Of a stretch of DNA of 64,000 bases, positions 9,389 to 18,623 are shown in pieces; the stretch's first letter is position 1; each line of letters starts with the position of its first letter. Made by a program: the position numbers and the translations under genes. Origin of the DNA: Deltaproteobacteria bacterium. GTDB taxonomy: Bacteria; Desulfobacterota; Syntrophobacteria; BM002. The DNA lies in NCBI GenBank assembly GCA_022340905.1, contig JAJDNB010000037.1, positions 2,150 through 66,149 of the forward strand. The letters are read 5' to 3'. The notes under the pieces were generated by a model that was not told where the DNA came from, did no database searches, and saw only the letters and a program-made list of their open reading frames with translations.

Positions 9389-9835
9389 CTACCTGGGAGT
9401 AGGCTGCCCGGCACAGCACGGGCAAGCAGGGGCATGGGAGAACTCCATTTCGCAGAGCTGATATTCCTCCATCCAATCTGCTAGAATCTCACGTTGCTCT
9501 TCATCTAAAACATGGACTGCCTCCTTTATGTCCCCTAAAGATTCGTCCTTGCCTGTCCATATGCGAGCGAGAAGGGTAAGGAGCAGTCGATCTTGGACAC
9601 TTAGCTTAAGATTGTCGATATCGCGGAGAATCATTAGCAGGTCAAATTCCTTTGTGCCGCAGTTCCAGTACCTCTGCCATTTGAAAGGAAGGCAGCGCTG
9701 CATTAGTTCCATAAACCGCAGTTTTCGGTTCTTGTTATTCACCGAATGCATCAAGATCCCCACCTTAAGAGCAACAGGTTTGTTCATTAACAGATTTTGA
9801 GCTGAAATCCCAGCAAAATCGGCCGCTCCCACCAA
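9389..9835 (-). CDS. Hypothetical protein with a C-terminal CPCC motif (start uncertain)
   Basis: Open frame co-oriented with its neighbours; no family recognised. Confidence 0.55.
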   Translation of the reverse strand: MVGAADFAGISAQNLLMNKPVALKVGILMHSVNNKNRKLRFMELMQRCLPFKWQRYWNCGTKEFDLLMILRDIDNLKLSVQDRLLLTLLARIWTGKDESLGDIKEAVHVLDEEQREILADWMEEYQLCEMEFSHAPACPCCAGQPTPR

Positions 9836-9895
9836 ACTCGGAAAACGAAAAGGATTTGGCAGTTCCCTATCGATTAGCTAAGGAAAAGCAAACTT

Positions 9896-10432
9896 CTATT
9901 CCTGCAAATTCTTGCCGAAGGTCTCGATAGCCTCTGGGATCTGTTTGCGTATGAAGGTCTCTTTTTCTAGCTCAGATAGCCTTTTGAATACCTGATATTT
10001 TGGGTGCGATTCGCTAAGCGGTGGAATGAAACTTGTACCCTGCTCTTTCAACTGTGGATATTGTTCGATTAGTTCAACAATGGGCACCTTACTCCCAGCG
10101 CCACTCTCCAACCAGTTGAGTCTTCTCATACATTCGAAGCGAAGCTGATCCAACAAATAGATCGAGATGTCGATGACCTCCATTTTCTCCGCTTTATCCA
10201 GCTGAAAAAAATCAGAGGTAGTACCCAGGTCCTTTATCCCCATAACCAGTTCGTACAAGGCAAAAATGTTCTGATCACCTGGAGAGATGAGAAAGAGTAG
10301 AGCCTTGTCTGACAGGTCGGACAGCCTGGTTTCCTCGTCCAATCTCTCTTTGAAGCGTCTCGACCAGGACCTAAACCCCCTTACCGCAGCCTGTTTACGT
10401 TTAAAAGAATCCAATTGGATAACTTCTGCCAT
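9896..10432 (-). CDS. Hypothetical protein
   Basis: 178-aa ORF with natural composition (LDQLRFECMRRLNWL); no family recognised. Confidence 0.7.
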   Translation of the reverse strand: MAEVIQLDSFKRKQAAVRGFRSWSRRFKERLDEETRLSDLSDKALLFLISPGDQNIFALYELVMGIKDLGTTSDFFQLDKAEKMEVIDISIYLLDQLRFECMRRLNWLESGAGSKVPIVELIEQYPQLKEQGTSFIPPLSESHPKYQVFKRLSELEKETFIRKQIPEAIETFGKNLQE

Positions 10433-10716
10433 TGCCTAGAAATGCTCTCTAGCTAAGTGAAATCGTCAGAAATTAAGGCTCCTTTCAATCCTCCCTTCTC
10501 ATGAACAACGAAGCCTTGATCATAGGGCCAACCGGAGTTCTCGTTTCGCAGAAGCTTCTTCGGGTCGATCTGGTCATAGGCTAAACCCTAGATCTCGGAT
10601 GTCAAATAATATTAAGGAGTACGCCTTGACTTGATCGTGATGCAGAATGTAGGAGACTAATGTGTCCTATATAGCATGACTGACAATATACCGCAAGAAA
10701 AACTGAACCGTCATTA

Positions 10717-11505
10717 TCATAATGAGCAGAAGTGGTCCCGGGCCGCATCAAACAACCTCATGAACTCCTCCATATCTTTTTTCGCAATTACTCTCTTTAG
10801 CTCCGAGATTATTCTCTCGAATTCCCGGAAAAATACTCCGTACGTCGAATTGAGCATTGGCATGGCCGCATAGAGGTCTGCATCCTGGTTGAGGAGATGG
10901 CTTATCTCCATCAGTCTCCTGTGGAATGCCGGAGTCGCAAAACGCTGTAGGCTCTTGGGGTCCATACCCAATGAATCTATTGTGAGTGCTAGAACGAGAG
11001 TGGTGAAGTGAGTAAGACCCTGCACCACCGCCATATAAAAGTCATGGACCTCTGGCGCAACCACCTCCACCTGGGCACCACTCTCCAACAAGACGGTGGT
11101 GAGCCAATCCAGCCATTCAGACCCTCGACCCGGACAAAGCACCACGGTTTGTCCAGTGATGTTGGGCTCGCCAGGGCCAAACAGCGGGTGAGTTCCTATC
11201 ACTGAGGATGAGGAAACCTCCAGCATCGTTCTCAGCACCTCGCTCTTGAGCGAGGCAATATCCATGAGTAAAGCATCATTCTTTACCAGATGTCCCATAC
11301 TGCGTACCACTTCTACCGTATGCTGCAAGGGAACCGCCACGAGCACTACATCACACTTTGGCGCCAAGTCTTGTGGCCTTATTTGGGTATCAAGATCAGC
11401 TACTGAGACCCTATACCCTAGCTCATCGAAATACCGATGAAACCAGCGGCCCATCTTACCATGGCCTCCAACAATGCCGATCTCTATGTTTTTTTCATGT
11501 GTCAT
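10717..11505 (-). CDS. tyrA: Prephenate/arogenate dehydrogenase
   Basis: IGIVGGHGKMG Rossmann motif, DIASLK, GTHPLFGP and HDFYMAVVQGLTH. The ORF-track N-terminal extension is repeat-derived. Confidence 0.92.
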   Translation of the reverse strand: MTHEKNIEIGIVGGHGKMGRWFHRYFDELGYRVSVADLDTQIRPQDLAPKCDVVLVAVPLQHTVEVVRSMGHLVKNDALLMDIASLKSEVLRTMLEVSSSSVIGTHPLFGPGEPNITGQTVVLCPGRGSEWLDWLTTVLLESGAQVEVVAPEVHDFYMAVVQGLTHFTTLVLALTIDSLGMDPKSLQRFATPAFHRRLMEISHLLNQDADLYAAMPMLNSTYGVFFREFERIISELKRVIAKKDMEEFMRLFDAARDHFCSL

Positions 11506-11511
11506 CGATTG

Positions 11512-11650
11512 GAAGTCGTTCAAATCGTTCAAGTCGTATAAACCGCAAAAATCGTAAAACTATCGTAGAAGCCGTCTATCACAGAGGTCAGAAGTCGGAG
11601 ATCAGAGATCAGCTTTATGCCTGACCTCTGACATCTGATCTCTGACCTCT
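11512..11650. repeat. Composite repeat, copy 2: 9-bp tract plus 7-bp inverted hairpin
   Basis: aagtcgttcaaatcgttcaagtcgtat... followed by cagaggtcagaagtcggagatcagagatcag / ctgacctctgacatctgatctctgacctct. Confidence 0.8.
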
Positions 11651-11688
11651 TGGTTCTGCTTGTTGTCAGCTGCCTCCTCTTCGCTGCT

Positions 11689-12945
11689 TTAGTGGTACAG
11701 CTGCTCAAAAATTTCCCAGAACTGGGGAAAGGATTTGGTCACACACGTCTCATTATCTATAAACACTCCCTCCGCCACTAACCCAGCGACAGCGAAACTC
11801 ATGGCAATGCGGTGATCATTATGGGAAGCAATCAAGGCTCCTCGGGGATTTCCACCTCTGATAGTCAGACGGTCTTCCTCCTCCTCAACCTGGACATTCA
11901 TTTTCTCTAGTCCTTCTGCGATTGCCCGAAGTCGATCGCTTTCCTTTATTCTCAAGTGGCCGACGTTAGTAATAGCCGTTGTGCCTTGGGCAAAGGCAGC
12001 GGCGACAGCCAGAGTCGGCACCATGTCAGGCATATTCTTCATATCCACCTCAATGGATCGAAGTTCTCCGCCAAATACGGTCACTCCGTGGTCATGCCAC
12101 TCAGCTCGACATCCCATCTGACACAGAATTTCCAGAAAAGCCAAATCTCCTTGCCGGCTGTCAGGAAGGATGTTTTGAGTCATTACCTTTCCCCCGGTGA
12201 TGGCAGCGGCTACCCAAAAATATGAGGCCGATGAGCAGTCTCCCTCCACATCGTAATGGCCCGCCTGGTAGCGTCCAGGTGCTTCCACCCGAAGATTATT
12301 CCCATCCAGCCAATGGGCCTTTGCACCAAATTTGGACATCCCTTCGAGGGTCACATCCACATAAGGCTTGGAAACCAGTCCCTGGACATTGATCTCAGTG
12401 GGCTGAGAAGCATAGGGCGCCACCAAGAGAATGGCAGAGACGAACTGACTCGATCGGCTCGCATTGACTGTGGTACTGCCACCTCTAATGCCGCTGCCCT
12501 GGATGCGTACAGGAGGATAGCCCCTTTCTTGTAGGCTTTCAACCACTCCTCCCAGGGGCTGCAGGGCGACCAGCAGTTCTTCTATGGGGCGCGTGTGTAG
12601 CCGTTCATTTCCGACAAGCACAGACGGTCCCTGGCTCAAACAGGCCACTGCAGTTAATAATCTCATGGAGGTGCCTGCATTTTCCAGATAAATAGGTTCC
12701 GACGGAGAATTTAAAACGCCGCCGGTGCCAATTACTTCTATTGCCTTAGGTGAATGTTTGATCTGTGCACCGAATCTTTCAAGGGCCTTTGCGGTGTAGC
12801 GCGTGTCATCGCACCAAAGTCCGTTGTGCAGCCAACTCCTCCCCTCGGCAAGGGCGGCCATAATGAGGTAGCGATGGGTAACGCTTTTCGAACCTGGAAC
12901 GGTTACATGTGCGTCAAGGGAATCAATGGTTTTTATCTGCTTCAT
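11689..12945 (-). CDS. aroA: 3-phosphoshikimate 1-carboxyvinyltransferase (EPSP synthase)
   Basis: PGSKSVTHR, NAGTSMR, SSQFVSAILL, KESDRL and DHRIAMSF motifs. Confidence 0.97.
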   Translation of the reverse strand: MKQIKTIDSLDAHVTVPGSKSVTHRYLIMAALAEGRSWLHNGLWCDDTRYTAKALERFGAQIKHSPKAIEVIGTGGVLNSPSEPIYLENAGTSMRLLTAVACLSQGPSVLVGNERLHTRPIEELLVALQPLGGVVESLQERGYPPVRIQGSGIRGGSTTVNASRSSQFVSAILLVAPYASQPTEINVQGLVSKPYVDVTLEGMSKFGAKAHWLDGNNLRVEAPGRYQAGHYDVEGDCSSASYFWVAAAITGGKVMTQNILPDSRQGDLAFLEILCQMGCRAEWHDHGVTVFGGELRSIEVDMKNMPDMVPTLAVAAAFAQGTTAITNVGHLRIKESDRLRAIAEGLEKMNVQVEEEEDRLTIRGGNPRGALIASHNDHRIAMSFAVAGLVAEGVFIDNETCVTKSFPQFWEIFEQLYH

Positions 12946-12986
12946 TGAAAGTCACTATTCCACGGGCTCAGTTTCAGAGACGGGGA

Positions 12987-13172
12987 CTAGCCCGGATATC
13001 TCATGAATCACCTGCTCCGACCGCGGATTTGGCCGTCCTTCCTGGCGTCCTTGGGTGTCGGCCCCTGCGACGTACCGTTCAGGTACGCCTCGGGACCTAC
13101 ACCCTGCGGTTGCAAGGTGGCACGCCCATCTTCGCGGTCTCGCGACAGCAATTCATAAAATAACCGGGCTAG
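12987..13172. mobile_element. 186-bp MITE, copy 2 (orientation opposite to copy 1)
   Basis: CTAG-CCCGGATATCTCATGAAT ... ATTCATAAAATAACCGGG-CTAG; the right CTAG contains the aroE stop codon. Confidence 0.88.
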
Positions 13173-13990
13173 GGGATTTCCTCCGCGGTTGCCTCCTCGA
13201 GCGCCTTTCGCATAACTTCAACGGGCGCCACTTTGCCAGTCCAGAGTTCAAACTGGGCAACACCTTGGAAAAGAAGCATATCGAGTCCGGAAACGCATCT
13301 GCATCCAGCCTTCTCAGCATCTTTAAGAAGTCTTGTTTTAAGCGGTCGATATACCATGTCCAAAACCACCATCCCCTCCCGCAGCCAGTGGACTGGAACC
13401 GGACTCTGTTCCTCTGTGGGGGACATGCCCACCGTGGTAGCATTCACCACGAGATCCGTTCTGAGATGATCCCAAGCTTGCCATGGCACAAAAGTGCAGT
13501 TCATCTCAGCTGCGAGCTTCTGTCCACGGGCTTCGTTGCGATTCATGATAAAGACCTGGGTATCATTTCTTTGTAATCCATAAATAGCAGACCGAGCCGC
13601 ACCGCCGGCACCCACAATAAGGCCGCGTTTACCCCTAAGCTCGGTCATCTGTGACAATGGTTGAACAACTCCCAGCCAGTCTGTATTCGTCCCACACAAC
13701 CTACCCGCTCGGGACACGATTGTGTTCACCGCCCCAATAGTGCGCCCTATCTCATCCACCTCGTCCAGATGGGCTATGATTTTTTCTTTGTGAGGAACTG
13801 TAATGCTGGCTCCTCGAAAACCCAAATTTCTCATAGCGGATACAGCTTCCCCCGCTTCATCTACCCGAAAAGCCAGATAAGCGAGATTCAACCCTAGGTG
13901 AGAAAAGGCAGCGTTGTGCATCTGGGGACTCAGGCTGTGGGCAACTGGATTGCCAAAAATAGCCACGTATTCGGTCTGACCGTCGATCAT
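13169..13990 (-). CDS. aroE: Shikimate dehydrogenase
   Basis: HSLSPQMHN, ITVPHKE, GAVNT, NTD, GAGGAAR and GLDMLLFQG motifs. Confidence 0.96.
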   Translation of the reverse strand: MIDGQTEYVAIFGNPVAHSLSPQMHNAAFSHLGLNLAYLAFRVDEAGEAVSAMRNLGFRGASITVPHKEKIIAHLDEVDEIGRTIGAVNTIVSRAGRLCGTNTDWLGVVQPLSQMTELRGKRGLIVGAGGAARSAIYGLQRNDTQVFIMNRNEARGQKLAAEMNCTFVPWQAWDHLRTDLVVNATTVGMSPTEEQSPVPVHWLREGMVVLDMVYRPLKTRLLKDAEKAGCRCVSGLDMLLFQGVAQFELWTGKVAPVEVMRKALEEATAEEIP

Positions 13991-14655
13991 TGCAACAGCT
14001 CCAAAAGCTGGCGCATTTTTGTCAGAGTGAGCTGTCCGGGAGCAGCCTCAGCACCGCTTTCCAGAGCGGCGTAAGTGAAAGCTCCCCCCATCAACAGGCA
14101 AGCGAGTCTGCTGATGCGACCCAGAGGCCCGAGACAGAAGGCCACCACCTTAATTCCGCGGTTATTACCCCGGTCAATGAGGTTTAACAATGAGATATTA
14201 TCTTCCACCCTTTGAGCCAGAGTCACCACCTTGATCACCCCAGTTCTTAGAATGGCCATTTGGTCAAACAATAATTGGAGATCTTTGTTTGCTGGAGTGT
14301 GCTCAAAATCATGGTAACTGAGAATCACCCGCTCCCGCATAACTGAAAGCTCGTCCGGCAGAGATTCTCCCGGCCGAAACTCCCAGTCTACATATGAGCT
14401 TCCACTCGTCGCAGCCCGAATGATGAGTCCCAGTTGCTCCTGCAGAGTGCCCGAAAAATTGCCCCCTTGCTCTACCGACCGCACCGTGGCAATCACTGGC
14501 AAAGGAGACCGGGGCAAAACGTTCTCCACCTCGGGCTCCCGGGTAACATCCAACCGCCACTCCACCAAATCAGCCCCCTCGTCTCGCGCCCTAATCATTG
14601 CCTCGAGCACTCGATCAGCCGCTTTCACCATCAATGACACGCAGATTTGGCTCAA
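13987..14655 (-). CDS. aroD: 3-dehydroquinate dehydratase, type I
   Basis: ADLVEWRLD, ILSYHDFEHTP, SRL and AAPGQL motifs. Confidence 0.93.
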   Translation of the reverse strand: MSQICVSLMVKAADRVLEAMIRARDEGADLVEWRLDVTREPEVENVLPRSPLPVIATVRSVEQGGNFSGTLQEQLGLIIRAATSGSSYVDWEFRPGESLPDELSVMRERVILSYHDFEHTPANKDLQLLFDQMAILRTGVIKVVTLAQRVEDNISLLNLIDRGNNRGIKVVAFCLGPLGRISRLACLLMGGAFTYAALESGAEAAPGQLTLTKMRQLLELLQ

Positions 14656-14984
14656 TTCTTTTTCCCTGAAGGGGATTCACTTTCGCCAGTCACCAGACTT
14701 GACTGAATATCCCGAGAAGCGGCAAGTATTTCGCCGAAAATTTTCTTAACTGCCCCCCAGGCCAGGGGACCTTTGTTCTGGCTCGCCAGCCGCCTAAATA
14801 TTGCTTGTTCCCTGTCGAGGTCCATGGCACCCCTGCCCGACTTGTTTTTCAGCGCAGCGATCTCCTCTACCAAGAGCATACGTTGGTTGAGCAATCGAAG
14901 AATTTGATTGTCCAAATCGTCTATCTCCTGCCGCAAGCGCTGCAGATCAGACTTATCGTCTTTGATCTCATTTATTTTTCCCAA
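14652..14984 (-). CDS. Monofunctional chorismate mutase (AroQ, type II)
   Basis: LRQEIDDLDNQILRLLNQRM...DREQAIFRRL. Probable TTG start at 14984 behind AGGAG; the first 85 aa of the track ORF overlap the upstream gene. Confidence 0.88.
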   Translation of the reverse strand: MGKINEIKDDKSDLQRLRQEIDDLDNQILRLLNQRMLLVEEIAALKNKSGRGAMDLDREQAIFRRLASQNKGPLAWGAVKKIFGEILAASRDIQSSLVTGESESPSGKKN

Positions 14985-15964
14985 ATGGTCTCCTCTACTT
15001 TGTGCCCAAAGTGTCGTCCAGCGGACTCCAGAGCCACGAGCACCTCGCTGCCTCTCGCCAACGAAACCACAGAACGAGGTTCGCCATCTGGAGCAGTAAG
15101 TCGGATCGTTTCGGCATTCTGCACTAAGGTGGAAATTTCTCCTCTCTCGGTCTCTGCCGTGACCAGTAACAGAGGCCGCCGCTCTATCTTCATACGGCCG
15201 ACTATAACTTCCTGTGCCCGCCCCTGATGATCTACGCACAGCACCGGATCCCCAGCCAGCAACTCTGAAAGGTAGCGGGTCTTGCCGCCGGGCACCCTAA
15301 TGTAGGCATGAACTGGACCTGCATTTACCCTAAAGGGGCGTGGAGCCACGTAGGGATTTTCCACACTTTCAGCGTGGATGAGAAAGAGCCCTCCGCTGCT
15401 GTTGCCCACGAGCATGCCCTGCCCCTGATCCATGTGGGTGCAGGTATCCACGCAGGCACGATCTCCTAAACCTGCCTGGCGCACCGTAACTATGCGCCCA
15501 GTGCTGAGATGGATCTGCTCTCCTTGCTCGCGAACCACCGCCAGTGTCTTTTTCAGTTCTAAAGGATCAAGAGTCTCAATCAGTATTCCGGCAACCCCCC
15601 GTTCTAAAACGGTGAGAGCACTTCTAGCCTCCTCGCTGTTGGACACCACCGTGAAAATGTTGTCCGCCTGAGCCACCAGATTCTCAAGGGGTATTATGGT
15701 CCAGTCTGTAGTACGCACCACTACCGTGGCGCTCTGGGCCAGCTTAAGGATCTCCTTTTCGTCATCCTGGCTCTCCACTTCGTAGAATACAACTTCTTGG
15801 TCGAGCTTTAGATCACCATCAGGGGCAATGGTAGCTATCCGTCCCAGTTCTTTAACTTTCTCATGGTATCCCTCCGGAACCATGACGGCAGCGGCCCCTC
15901 CCTCAAGAGCAGTTGTCACTAACGACTTGTTCCAGGGATCTACCTTTACCCAAGCTACTTTCAT
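14972..15964 (-). CDS. 3-dehydroquinate synthase II (archaeal-type AroB')
   Basis: [40 protein letters not shown] and GRHFG motifs. Confidence 0.93.
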   Translation of the reverse strand: MKVAWVKVDPWNKSLVTTALEGGAAAVMVPEGYHEKVKELGRIATIAPDGDLKLDQEVVFYEVESQDDEKEILKLAQSATVVVRTTDWTIIPLENLVAQADNIFTVVSNSEEARSALTVLERGVAGILIETLDPLELKKTLAVVREQGEQIHLSTGRIVTVRQAGLGDRACVDTCTHMDQGQGMLVGNSSGGLFLIHAESVENPYVAPRPFRVNAGPVHAYIRVPGGKTRYLSELLAGDPVLCVDHQGRAQEVIVGRMKIERRPLLLVTAETERGEISTLVQNAETIRLTAPDGEPRSVVSLARGSEVLVALESAGRHFGHKVEETIWEK

Positions 15965-16797
15965 TCCGTCGACTCTCTCCTCTCGGATGCCAAAAGGTTG
16001 CTGTTGAGAAAAGCTGAAGCTTCTTCCACTGAAGCATTTTCGTGAACTATCATGCTTATCGCCCCCACCATTCTTGTGGGATCAGTATGTTGGAATACGT
16101 TCCGGCCTATAGATACGCCTTTGCCGCCGGCATCCATAGCGCCCCTCACGACTTGAAGAATCTCTTTGTCCGACTCCATTTTTTCACCGCCGGCGATGAC
16201 TACTGGGACCGGGCACCCAAGCACCACGTCCCGGAAGGACTCCACACTGCCACTGTAAGATATCTTGACCAGATCAGCCCCCAGCTCTGCTCCGAGTCGA
16301 GCAGCGTGCTTCAGTACTTTGGGGTCATACTCATTGGCTATCTTGTCACCACGAGGATAGATCATTGCCAATAGCGGTATTCCCCATTCCCGGGCTCGGC
16401 GAGAAACCAAGCCAAAATCATTGAGCATCTGTCGTTCCCTGTCGTCACCAATATTTACATGAATGGATACCGCATCGGCACCTAATCGCAAAGCCTCTTC
16501 AACCGTGCAAACCATGGTCTTGGTGTTGGGATAGGGCGAAAGGGAAGTACTGGCAGACAGATGAATGATTAGGCCAACGTCCTTGCCGCTCCGGCGATGA
16601 CCTGCGCCAACCATTCCCTTGTGTTCCACAATGGCATTTGCTCCGCCCCTGACAACTTTATCAATGGCATCTCTCAAATCTACGATGCCGTCGATGGGAC
16701 CCGAACTTACTCCGTGATCCATGGGCACAATAACAGTTTTGTTGGTATTCCGGTCAATTATCCTTTCCATCCTAATGTGTTTGCCTATCATGCGCAA
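15961..16797 (-). CDS. 2-amino-3,7-dideoxy-D-threo-hept-6-ulosonate synthase (AroA', class I aldolase family)
   Basis: [25 protein letters not shown] and [10 protein letters not shown] motifs; sits directly upstream of DHQ synthase II. Confidence 0.9.
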   Translation of the reverse strand: MRMIGKHIRMERIIDRNTNKTVIVPMDHGVSSGPIDGIVDLRDAIDKVVRGGANAIVEHKGMVGAGHRRSGKDVGLIIHLSASTSLSPYPNTKTMVCTVEEALRLGADAVSIHVNIGDDRERQMLNDFGLVSRRAREWGIPLLAMIYPRGDKIANEYDPKVLKHAARLGAELGADLVKISYSGSVESFRDVVLGCPVPVVIAGGEKMESDKEILQVVRGAMDAGGKGVSIGRNVFQHTDPTRMVGAISMIVHENASVEEASAFLNSNLLASERRESTE

Positions 16798-16967
16798 CTC
16801 CTTTTCCCAGCACGGGTAAACCTGCCAATAGGTGTTTTAAAAGTCTATGCGTCTATCTAGGTCAATACAAGGGTAATCCACCACATTTACGGTATACATT
16901 CAATAAACAGACCATTTCTCCCACCATGTCCAAACCAAAGATAAAAAGGAGCAAGTTCATATCGTTG

Positions 16968-17004
16968 AAATAAAAAAGCCGCGGCTCGGGACTGCCGCGG
17001 CTTT
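16968..17004 (-). terminator. Intrinsic terminator of the Tyr/Phe attenuator
   Basis: AAAGCCGCGGC-AGUCCCGA-GCCGCGGCUUUUUUAUUU. Confidence 0.9.
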
Positions 17005-17029
17005 CAGAATATACATAGTAACTATCGGG

Positions 17030-17101
17030 TCAGCGCACAGCCCCCTCTATCGCCGTTATGGCGTAATAATAGCAAAAAAATGAGTAGGGCTGTGGTTTCA
17101 C
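17030..17101 (-). CDS. Tyr/Phe-rich attenuator leader peptide (23 aa, GTG start)
   Basis: MKPQPYSFFCYYYAITAIEGAVR*: 4 Tyr and 2 Phe within 8 codons, AAGGGG RBS. Confidence 0.85.
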   Translation of the reverse strand: MKPQPYSFFCYYYAITAIEGAVR

Positions 17102-17137
17102 TATTCCCCTTTAGCTTTATTTGTCACTGAGTCAAGT

Positions 17138-17166
17138 ACGTTAGACTATACAGCGAGAAAAGTCAA
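17138..17166 (-). promoter_or_regulatory. Putative sigma70 promoter of the aro leader
   Basis: TTGACT-17-TAACGT. Confidence 0.55.
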
Positions 17167-17342
17167 GTTCCTTTTCGCTGTGGTTCTTGACATTTTCCCA
17201 TTCATTATGAGAAGTTAGCCTAGAGATTTTTTGAATGGCCCATTGCGCCCTAAGGCTCTGCCCTTCTAGGCCTGCCCCTCGAGCCAAGGCATGAAGCTTG
17301 CATCCGATTTCCAGCCGGCATATTGGATTGAGGAGAGCTACA

Positions 17343-17816
17343 ATGAGCGAGGACATTGTAAAGAGAGTGATAGCGAGAGTTGAAGAAATGTCACGAGGAG
17401 GTGAAGTATTCGAGGAAAAAGACCTAAAGGAATTCGCCATCACCATTCAACATCTTCTGAGCGAGCGGACCCGCAGAGAGGAAATTCTCGCCATAGCCGC
17501 CGCCGTACTAACCTTAGAAGAATACAAAAAAAGCCTTGAAAATAAAGTGGAGTATGCCAAGCTTGGTGGTCTCAAAGAGAGGGAGGCAACGCTGCTGGAG
17601 ATCTTGGACCAAATTGACAAAGAATTGGAAATGGCCGTTACCATGAAAATCCACGAACACACTTACCGAGAAAATATTGCCGATGAGCTCAAAACGGCAA
17701 TATTGGAGTATCTTGCGCCTACCTTGGGGCGAGGAAAGTGGCATGCCCGTGAACAGGAAGCTTTGATGCAAATTGTATCCAAGGCCTTGGAAGGATACTT
17801 GGTGGTCAAAGCCTAA
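17343..17816 (+). CDS. Hypothetical helical, charged protein
   Basis: ATG 17343 behind GAGGAG; 157 aa; no family recognised. Confidence 0.75.
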   Translation: MSEDIVKRVIARVEEMSRGGEVFEEKDLKEFAITIQHLLSERTRREEILAIAAAVLTLEEYKKSLENKVEYAKLGGLKEREATLLEILDQIDKELEMAVTMKIHEHTYRENIADELKTAILEYLAPTLGRGKWHAREQEALMQIVSKALEGYLVVKA

Positions 17817-17861
17817 ATGGCATAAAATTTAGAGGTGTGCCTAAGTACCTTCTTGCCCTCT

Positions 17862-18623
17862 TTATCTCAGTCCACGAAAAAAATCTCCCACTGCCTGGAT
17901 CCCCTGGGCATTAAGTATTCTCAAGGCTTGACTTCCCACTACCGCAATTTCTACTTTACCCCGGAGAAATTGGACGTCTTCTTTCGAGCCAACTCCAAAG
18001 CCGAGAGCCAGCGGCAGCTGAGTTGCTCTTCGACATTGGTCGAGAAATTCAGTCATTTCACTAGAAAAATTAGTACCAGAGCCGGTCACCCCTTTTCGAG
18101 CAACACAGTAAAAAAACCCCCGGCCGAAACGAGCCAAATGGTTTATCCTTTCGGGGGAGGAGGTAGGTGCGAGAATAAATACCGGATCTATGTTGTTTGC
18201 CGCTGCAGCAGCCATATACGACTCCCCCTCCTCAGGGGGTAAGTCGGGGACAATCGTGCCACGAATACCCACCTCTCTGGTCTCAGCGAAAAAACGTTCT
18301 TCCCCTCTTTTGAAAAGAATATTGTAGTAAGTCATGAACAGGAAAGGTATGGAGAAGGCGGAGGTAACTTTTTGGGCGAATGTGAAACAGTCATCAACCC
18401 TAATGGCATCTGCAAGGGCAGCTTGATTCGCCTGAAGGATTACCGGGCCATCGGCAATAGGCTCTGAGAAAGGAATCTGCAGCTCCAGCAGATCTACACC
18501 AGCTTCAACTATTGTTCGCACCAACTCAAAGCTATCTTCAATGCTGGGATAGCCCACCACGATGTGTGCCATGAGCAGAATATCCTTTTCCCGCAGTGTC
18601 TTCCGAATGTAGTCTTCAAGCAC
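17862..18623 (-). CDS. trpA: Tryptophan synthase alpha subunit
   Basis: LELQIPFSEPIADGPVI, MTYYN, IVPDLP, GVTG and GFG motifs. Confidence 0.96.
   Translation of the reverse strand: MLEDYIRKTLREKDILLMAHIVVGYPSIEDSFELVRTIVEAGVDLLELQIPFSEPIADGPVILQANQAALADAIRVDDCFTFAQKVTSAFSIPFLFMTYYNILFKRGEERFFAETREVGIRGTIVPDLPPEEGESYMAAAAANNIDPVFILAPTSSPERINHLARFGRGFFYCVARKGVTGSGTNFSSEMTEFLDQCRRATQLPLALGFGVGSKEDVQFLRGKVEIAVVGSQALRILNAQGIQAVGDFFRGLR

Noticed and set aside
10433..10716. Possible sRNA or small ORF in this spacer
   Set aside because: No ORF with a convincing RBS and no recognisable RNA motif.
14985..15239. 85-aa N-terminal extension of chorismate mutase
   Set aside because: It overlaps DHQ synthase II out of frame, and a TTG with an RBS exists at 14984.
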